Part shown: positions 54,901 through 64,000 of the stretch, in pieces
Position numbering within the stretch: position 1 is the stretch's first letter
Layout of the letters: each line of letters opens with the position of its first letter
From: Catajapyx aquilonaris
Taxonomy: Eukaryota
Direction: 5' to 3'
Assembly: GCA_000934665.2 (NCBI GenBank)
Contig: KZ538106.1
Span: 1 to 64,000, forward strand
Length of the DNA: 64,000 nt
The notes under the pieces: generated by a model
The model's input: only the letters and a program-made list of their open reading frames with translations
The model's database searches: none
What the model was told of the DNA's origin: nothing
Program-made: the position numbers and the translations under genes

Positions 54901-56575
54901 TAACCTGACACCTCTTTAAAAATTTTATTTCGCTCCTAATCTGGTCTAGTAAATATAAAATACACCAAGTCCATATCCCAGCATATGCCTCCAATGCTAT
55001 AAAGTGAAAAACCTTTGATACTTGTTAAACTGCATGGCAGAGCGAGATGTCTTGCAAGGCATCTCAACTGCGATGACATTCTCAAAAGAAACAATTTTTA
55101 AAAAATTCAATAATAATAAAAAGAATGGCACCGCATGAGTTCTAGCCTCAATTCCGTACGTTTCATATGCGTTGAATTTGCTTTTCAGACATTCGGTTAT
55201 CGGGTTTTGGGCGTGATGGCTTGGTTGATGCCTCTGTCAGTCACCATTTCCACCTTTGGTTCAGCCAACGGAACTCTTTTTACTGCAGGAAGGTAAGGAC
55301 CTATCTGGCTCTCTCTATTTTTAGGAGCTCGACTAACTCGCGCAATAACGTGAGCAAGAATTTATCAGCCATTGGGAAATAATATTATTTCATCGACATT
55401 ACTTTCTCCCCCTTCTGCCCTTTGGACCTGTGGACTTAAGCAGTGTACCCACCTTATATGCAAATGCTACTATCAAACGGTTGCACCTTTTTACCTACCT
55501 GTATATTGACACACCTCTAATCCACAGGGCACCGGGCCAAGGCTTGAATCACCTAATGAACAGGCACTAAAACACGCGTCCAACCGAACTACTCCTCTGT
55601 AGAACAGACACTGATCACGATACACCGTCTCTATATGCAGTCATTAGACAGAAAATTCTGTGCATCAATTTCCTGAAATCAAATTGGGCTTCTTGTCACA
55701 CGTAAAGATAAGGCACATGGCGTGGAATAAGCATACATGGAACAGCTCTCGACAACTCACATTGCACTGATTTCATGATTTAATTAATGGAAAGAAGAAC
55801 GTGGTCTGAGCTGATTATTACTTTTATCTCTCTTCCAATGATGCAGATTATGCTTCGCAGCGAGTCGGGAGGGCCACTTGATAGACATCCTATCATATGT
55901 TCACATTCACCGTTACACCCCAGCTCCAGCTCTTATTTTCCACGTAAGTCAACAAGTGTGTGTAAACACAATCTATAGCGAGTAAACTATAAAAAAACGA
56001 TTTTGATTCCGTTCCAGGCTGTCGTCGCTATCGCTATGGTGTTTTCCGGAAACATTGCGTCGCTTATCGACTTCTTCAGTTTCACTTCTTGGATTGCTTA
56101 CAGCGGGGCCATGATGTCCCTCATCGTCATGAGACGCACCAAAAAGCACGCCACACGACCATATAAGGTATATAAAAAAAAAGCAAATGCATCAAAATAA
56201 TGGCACACTATTTTGTCTCTGTATGGTACTTCGGAAGCATCTTCATTTTGTGGTTCCTTTTCCAGGTTCCCTTAGCCATCCCCGTGTTCGTGCTGGTGGT
56301 GTGCATGTATCTCATCATAGCTCCAATCCTTGAGAATCCCCAGATCGAGTATCTGTATGCGTCGCTCTTCATTGTGGCCGGACTTCTGGTTTACATTCCC
56401 TTCATGCACTATCGCTTCCAGTTTTTCTGCATGGGTAAGTCACATCACCTGCTGCCTTCATTTGCATCCACCTAATTTGACCTTTGTCCTTCCAGACAAA
56501 GTGACCGTCTTCTTCCAGTTGCTCCTCCAAGTGGCGCCTCCATCTGCGGACGTGTCCCTCCCAGCATGCCCCTGA
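42955..56575 (+). CDS. SLC7 light chain, b(0,+)AT-like; conserved paralog C resembling Drosophila CG9413/sobremesa-type proteins, 12 exons, ~537 aa
   Basis: Exons 42955-42985 (inferred, [10 protein letters not shown]), 50355-50597, 50984-51085, 51149-51391, 51460-51685, 51748-51792, 52312-52435, 55189-55292, 55847-55943, 56018-56167, 56266-56434, 56496-56575 join in frame (1614 nt). Motifs [61 protein letters not shown]. The orthology is from recalled similarity, not a search. Confidence 0.94.
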
Positions 56576-56585
56576 CTTATTGAAA

Positions 56586-56606
56586 CAACAACAACAACAA
56601 CAACAA
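56586..56606. repeat. Short (CAA)n repeat in the 3' UTR of SLC7 paralog C
   Basis: About 7 CAA units just after the stop codon. Confidence 0.8.
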
Positions 56607-59600
56607 AATATCAGAGCTCTATTTTCGACAGGTCATACAAGTAACCCACGAAATCAGTACTTACTATAATAAGCCTCGATTACCAGCTTCAGATATGTCT
56701 TTTATCTTTTTTTGGCTTTTTTTCTCTTCCATGACGAAGTTAACTTAGTACTGTAAACCTTTAGTTTCGCTTGGTTTGTATTGTCGCTCGTTAGCACTTT
56801 TTTGTATCTGTCGCAATACCGCGGTCTTAGTTTTGCAAATCATTTGAACTATCATTCGAATCATTCTGCAGCCAAACATTCCAGTTGATTTGTCGCTTTT
56901 TTAAAAAAACCAATCATGACTTGCTGCAGGATGTTGACAGATGTTTTGCGACGGCTCATAATGTAATGTAATGTCATCCCATTGCGTCCACGTGCCACGG
57001 GCTGCGTATTTTTTGTGCGCTGCTAATAATAATCAAGCAACGATCGACGATCTTCCCCGCAGTCACATAGGGAATAGAACATAATAATTATGTCCATGTA
57101 CGTGTACTGAACATCACACAAATAAAGACGTCGTGTATGACAACTCATGTTGGTTTTATTCTACAGTTAACTTTGGTGCAATTTATTCCGAATAGTCTGA
57201 GCAACACAGGTAGGCTACTGTGCTTATGGAGTATATATATTTGAAGTTTCTGAGAAGTAAATTTAATTAATAAGTAAATCTGATATGAAGCAGTTAATAA
57301 TAGCATCAAAAGTACTGAATGGGGACGTCGGACTATGAAGCATATAAGCTTTACATGGCAACGTGCCAGACCAAGGCCATCTCTTACAATAGAACAATAT
57401 TGTGAGCAACGCATAAATTTTGCTTGTTGCATTGTGTCGGCATATCCTGACTCTCTGATTTTTAATAGTCCTAAATGTTGAACATTCTGCTGCAGGTCTA
57501 AAGCTGTAGTGGTTCCAACAGTAATTCCTTATAGCACATTATGTGTTTGTATTAATTTACCTGAAAAGCTCAATTTTGCAACTAGGTCAGATTGTGGGAA
57601 CTTGAGCAAAAATTTCACTGATGCAAGACTGGGGCACAACCCAAATTTTCAAGCTTCGGAATTGAGCTCAGAGGTGGCCCTGGCTTCTGTTTGAGCCTGA
57701 AGGAGCCAGAGAAAAAAAAATCTTATTTTCGACTAGTGATGAAGATCCAGATGGGGGTTTTTGCACCAAACTCCCCTCTCCGAATCTTCATGCCGACCTA
57801 CTTACATGTGAGTAACTTTTCTCGCAAAAAATATATTTTTCGCTCATTTTTAAATGTGCATTGCTAACTGTATAATAGTCGTAGAACATTAAATACAATT
57901 AGATCCAATATACTTGCAATACCCATTACAGAGTACAATCTTCGACATTGCTGTGCTAATTTTTATTGTTTCTTGCTAATAATATCATGATAAGTGCAAT
58001 AGGGATACCAGTGAACCATTGCAAATTATGGCTCATTATTGCTGCGACGCGGAATTAATAGTCCTATTGAAAACAATGTCGCTGGTTTTATTAGGACAAT
58101 CCCGCAGTTGGCCCGAGTTGGCACTAGAAATAGAATTGGTAAAGGCATCTGGAAACAGCCTGTTGCACAAGCGCCGCATTACATAAAATCCCAATTACTG
58201 CCAAAATAGTTGGGGGTCAGGTCAAACGAAGTGATCCTCTCTCTTACACTCAATCACCAAGTAATGACCGCGTATTTTTAAGCAGCGCCATCGCTCGCTG
58301 ATCGAATCTCTGACATCATCATTTTTAAAAATAAAGGTCCACTTAATTATTGCGCGACACTTACAAATGTCATCACCTGCTTGAACTTGCCTCAGCACAC
58401 AGGAAAGCATGGATGATGACATTCATGGCACTGTCGAAAAATTGTGGACTATCGCGTGTGGCTCTTATTCATGACACCCATATCTGTCACGAAATATTGT
58501 GCCATTCACCAGCTGTTGATTATGATAATTTATTCTGTCGCATAATTAAATCACGCCCAGTTGGCGTTTTTACGAATACTGTATCATACTTGGTATTATT
58601 ACTGACATGTCAGTTTTTGATGGCGATTTTCGGTATAAGCCCCTATTTTTAATCGATTAATTTGAAATAGTACTTAAGTGGTTATAAAAAGAATTGAGTA
58701 ATAACATTATAACTAATTGTATCAATTATCCGAGCTTTAAATGGCACTTCCAGATTGGGAATGACCCATTCGAACAATTATTATTATTGGGATCGACCGT
58801 CTATTACAGAATTCATTTTTTTGCAGTCTTTAAAAAGGATTGTTATAGTAGCCTACATGATTGTGACCTAATATTAGCACCTAGTATTAATACTTAATTG
58901 ATAATAATCATTAAAAGTACGATGCAAAAATAGCTGCCGCAAACAATAGCTTAGTTACACAAATCTTTAACGGAAATGGAAATTACAATTGGAACCTCAC
59001 ATTTTTAATACGGTACGTAAAGAGAACGCATAGCATTTTTTTTGTCCTCGCAGTATAATTCTCACAATATTACTAATTAATCAGTCGATTGAGTCTAAAT
59101 ATTCAACAGTCCAAATAATGAGGTGGTTTTTGCCGGCACGCGATTTGTGACCTGCATTTATATTAGGACTGATCCTCAACACCATGGCTCTTTTGCCCTA
59201 AATTGTTGATGTCTGACTAACGTACAGTGTGTTCCAGTATATGTTATTTTTTTCTCTCCCAGTGCTATTATGTTGTTGATCTCGGTTGTTCCACTCAGGT
59301 GCTAGTTAGTGAAAATACTTTGCCTAAGGCTGGATTAATTATTGCAGTACAGCAGCGCATAAAGGATTGCACCCATCAACTTAATATTAGCGGGCACTAA
59401 TGTGTAGACTGACTACGTCACAAAATAAACTTGGAAAAATAAAAACTTAAAAATAAGCTGCTACGTGCGAAAAATCGCTGCCAACTATGGACACTTCACT
59501 CTGTAGTCTATTTGTTGATAGTAAATCACATGGGTACAATAATTTTGTGCCCATCGTACACGTAGACTACTGCTAATAGGTGGACTTTTACTTTCAGTAA

Positions 59601-61980
59601 TTGCTATCTCCTTGTGTACTTATATATAGCCTACATGTGTTCTTCGACTTGAAAATTGTGACTCGTAGTGTCAGTGTAACAGGTTAATATTATGTAAGCC
59701 AAATTACGGTAAATATATACTACACGTTTGAATGGCCTTCATTTTTTCAGGTAGTAAACTCATGCATGCGTATATAGGAGTGCACAAAGTCATACGTGTT
59801 CCTAATTCACGGCCTCATGAGCACATTAGTGCACTTTCTTTCCCTGCTACTTATGCAACATTCGCCAGAAGGTGTTATCGTTCATCCTGTCTCTATTTTG
59901 CACTGCATATGATAAATAATGCTGAGTGTAATTGACAGTAGACAGAGAAAATAGGTGCTTTCTTCCTCGATCTGAAGAAGTATGACTTCAACCAGCAAGT
60001 TTGAAGTGCACAAAAATATAAAATACTGCCTAAAAAATCTAATGGGATATTTTTCAGAAACATAAGTTTATGTATAGTCCTTTTCCAGTTCGGACGACAA
60101 TCCACTGTAGTACACATACAGTATCACAAATGAATTAATATGAATATATCGTAGGTTATGCCTGCTTCCGTCACCGTCAGTTGCACGCAACTAATCGTAA
60201 CAGGTGTGTAGAGATCCGCCTCTTCCCCTACAACGAGTGCACGCCATGACAAATTCATGAAAGGCTGCTCCACAAGGTCGGAAGATGAACGGTTTTGCGC
60301 GTTATGCGAACTCGAGACTGATTTGACCAGTATCAGTCTTGGAGCCTCGTGAAGCAAGTGCCTCTGGTCAGGACCTCTAATCTGAACCAACTGGTGTGAA
60401 ACCTGCCTACACCACCTTCTCAGATTCTTCACATATCATACATCTAGTCAGGTGAAATTCATATAAAGGTATTACTGTGGTATGCGACTGTTACCATATG
60501 CGCACTCATGCCTGAAGGCTCCATTTCGGATTCAGATCACAATTTACATTAGAGCTCTTAATGTAGGGTACCGGTATACGAAATGAGTGATTATTCTCTG
60601 TATTAATGCTATACGCGACTGAAATCGCAATTCCATTTGTGTGGGAGAATGATATCATTCCACACAGTGACATAATATATGCAGTTGCACAATAAGATCT
60701 GCTTTGTGGGTGCTCGTCGTTCTTTGATTGTAATTATACACTGGGTTTCTACATATTCAGCAGATATACCGTATCTTATAGTGTGACACTAACTTGGTGA
60801 GTCAAATGACAGTAATTTCCCGGCAGATTATTTTCTCATTCACTAATTATCATCATCTTTTACCCAGTTGTTATAATGCTTAAGTGCATGTAGGATATAC
60901 ACTAATGCAGACTTGATCAAATTCAATTGATTACAAGTATTTTATTTCACTTTGAATGGTAAGAAATGTCAACGACTCCTGACAATAAGATGGCAGAAAA
61001 CTTTTTAAAAACAATGTACATGATGCCAGGAGTCATAATTAGATGTGTGCAAATTAATAATTACAGAGCTTATTTGTTTACCATGTGATGTGAAGCAAGT
61101 CAACGAGACACTACATCGATATATTCGCACAGCTCATTAGCACGTTTTTAATTTCCCGAAGGTAGAATTGACAATCGTGATAATATACCTAACGCATTTT
61201 TTTGCCAATATTCTACTGTATGGTGTTACAGTATTACGTCACAGCAACACTTGAATGTCCTAATCATCGACAAAAACGAGAGGAGCTGCAAATCCCGAGC
61301 ATTATTACGGTTCTCCAGGTACACATGTGTGCAATTCAGTGCGCCGGATAGGCCACGTCAAGGTTAAGCCTACTCATTACATTCGGAACAACCTTGGTGT
61401 AACATTACATAAAGCGCAATTAGCACCAAATAATTTTCCCCTTCCCTTACTTCTCGCCTGTGGAACCAGAATTCTGCTCAAGGATAGCACGCCACAAAAT
61501 ACAAAAGGACCGCCCTCGCACAGATATAGAATGTCAACAGACTCAAACAATGTCATGGAGAAGAGAGAAAAAAAATGCATTTTCCAAAAGCAGAGTGGAA
61601 ACATCAGAATCAGCTGGCGTGCAGTAAAATATTATTCGCCAGCACTGTTCCTTTGTTCGCAGACATCATCATCTATGCAGCATTGTTCACCAGCACTCGC
61701 AGAATATCGCGCCCGTAACGCTGCCGCATCGTCACTTCACTCTCAAGACAAATGACCCAAGGAATTTCCTCGCCTTTCCAACAATCGGTATACACAAAAG
61801 GACTACCTCACTGCCCTATATTTTGCCCCGTGATTGATAATAACGCCCGTCAGCAAATAACGGGTTCGTTTCTCTCTCTTTTTTTTATTTGTTGACAGTA
61901 TATGCCAGTTGAGGGCAAGTTTCTGTAATTCGTCGCCTCGGGATCTGCAGAGTGAAAAGACCTTCCACACTTTATCAGAC

Positions 61981-63988
61981 ATGGAGAATCGGGCATATGC
62001 CGCCTCCGGTAAGTTTCAATTCAATTTTTCCTATCGAACATATCCTTCAATGGAAAGTCATCTCAGTTTAAACACATTTTAAAACAGTAATTTTTAAAAG
62101 TGGACAATCATCTCAACTCCCAGCAACTGGATTAACTTTTGGTCTTGAACATTGATGTCATAGCTGATGTTGACCCAGCCATTGTAACGTCAGTAATGCC
62201 GACAGCTCAATGCACTCCAATAAATCTACCCGCAGGCAGTGAAAGACAACTGGACGAAGCAAGCAAATCTCCGACTTCACAGGTCAGCGACAAGGATGAC
62301 ACGAAAGATGGGGACAGCCTGCGTCTGAAGAGAGAAGTTGGTCTCTCCAGCGGGATAGCACTTATAGTTGGCACCATGATCGGTAAGCCTGCTTCAAAAT
62401 TGGCCTGCTCTTTATGCACAGCCAAAGGCAACTTCCTTTCATGTCAGATGCCAAATGAGTAGCCTCGAGCAGCCTTCATATTTCTGCTGTCAGATCACCA
62501 TTGTAACTGATCTCAAAACCTAAACCTGTCTAGGTTCTGGCATCTTCGTATCTCCTGGCGAGCTGCTGATGCGAACTGGTTCCGTGGGCCTCTCACTGGT
62601 TATCTGGGCCGCTTGCGGAGTCCTATCAACCTTAGGTGAGACCAGCATCGGACTGCGTACAGCAATCATTATGCGCGTAACGCCGACTGATTTCCCTCAG
62701 GATCAATGGCGTACATCGAACTTGGGACTGTGGTGGCGGCCTCTGGTGGTGAATATTCATACCTGCTGGCTGCACTGGGACCTCTTCCGGCCTTCCTCTT
62801 CGCCTGGGTGTCCACATTCGTGCTCAAACCGTCTTCCACGGCCATCATTTGCTTGTCATTTGCCGAGTACGCCGTGGAATCAGTGCACGAAGGATACCAG
62901 ACACCACCTGTAGCCGTCAAATTAATAGCTGCTTGCGCCATTCGTACGTCTTTTGGATCACCCTGTGCAATCAAAATGATGACACTTGGCAATATTACTA
63001 AAGAATAAATTTTGTCATTTCAGTGCTGATTACGTATGTGAATTGCGCGAGCGTGAAGGTGGCCACCAAAGTGCAGACAGTGTTCACGGCTGCGAAACTC
63101 CTGGCCATTGCAGTAATCGTGGTGATGGGAGTCTACTTGATTTCCCAAGGTGATTTGGAGGTATTGTATTGTAATCGGTGAAACGTCAAAGCCCGGGCTG
63201 GCGCAACAATGAGTGCGACCTTGGCTATTTTCAGGGAGGACGGAGCACTTGTCCACTGGGTTTAAGGGCAGTACCAATTCCTTTGGAGATGTGGCCACGG
63301 CCTTTTACAGCGGACTCTGGGCATACGATGGATGGTCTAAAAATTCCCCGTATTCATTTCTGTTTACAAAGTAACAAAACGACTCATTAACCGCACTGAA
63401 ATATTGCAGGAACAATCTCAACTACGTAACGGAAGAAATTAAAAATCCGTACAGGTAAAGGCCAACCAAATGAGGACTGGCTACTCCAGGCCAATGTCCA
63501 ATTTGTGGATAATTTCAGGAACCTTCCACTGGCTATACTCATTGGGCTTCCTCTAGTGACCGCGTGCTACCTGCTGGTCAACGTCTCCTATTTGACGGCT
63601 ATGACACCGGACGAGGTCATGAGCTCTCCAGCAGTAGCTGTCGTAAGTTTATAGCCGGCAGGAAGACAAGGCAACATTTTCATACTTGGCATATACTTTT
63701 TTCTTGCAGACTTTTGCGAGGCGCGTGTTGGGTCCTGTGGCATTCATGATGCCCATTTTTGTAGCCATGTCTACCTTCGGAGCAGCCAATGGCTCTCAGT
63801 TCACTGCTGGAAGGTTACCAGTAACCTTTTCTGCTTGATTAGCTTCTTGGTTTCATTTGACTTACTTTGAAAAAACAATTTATCGTTTCAGAATAACTTA
63901 CGTAGCAAGTCGACAGGGACACCTGGTTGACGTCTTGTCGTACATTGACGTCAAAAGTTACACACCTTCTCCTGCCCTTATTTTTAAT
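61981..63988 (+). CDS. SLC7 light chain, b(0,+)AT-like; paralog D, 3' part runs beyond the window end
   Basis: Exons 61981-62008, 62236-62382, 62534-62635, 62701-62943, 63024-63149, 63235-63334, 63410-63454, 63519-63642, 63710-63813, 63892-63988. Motifs [38 protein letters not shown]. Confidence 0.93.
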
Positions 63989-64000
63989 GTGCGTATACTG

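Noticed and set aside
1..64000. CRISPR arrays, prokaryotic operons or defence systems, rRNA and tRNA genes
   Set aside because: The sequence is spliceosomal-intron-containing eukaryotic DNA. I saw no repeat-spacer arrays or recognisable structural RNA genes, although no covariance-model scan was run.

Overview
Eukaryotic, intron-containing genomic DNA, most likely from an arthropod (divergent ionotropic receptor, arthropod-type aquaporin and SLC7 signatures). All host genes I could model are on the + strand. (1) 0.1-4.5 kb is a pile of transposon remnants: an internally deleted Helitron with an intact 3' hairpin/CTAG, the 3' end of a non-LTR retroelement, and several TA-flanked MITE/foldback elements. 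(2) 5-27 kb holds three tandem classical aquaporin genes (dual NPA, F-H-S-R filter). (3) 28-64 kb holds four tandem SLC7 light-chain genes of the b(0,+)AT/LAT type with shared exon architecture, the fourth cut off by the window end. (4) A divergent ionotropic receptor with an intronless CDS lies between the 2nd and 3rd SLC7 genes. Exons were assembled by hand from GT-AG sites and reading phase. The most notable observation is that only one of the four SLC7 paralogs keeps the extracellular-loop-2 cysteine that bonds light chains to the SLC3 heavy chain. The three Cys-less paralogs have short candidate first exons with putative sorting motifs (ENRGF, ENRAY, ERQNLL), which suggests transporters that may not depend on a covalent heavy chain.
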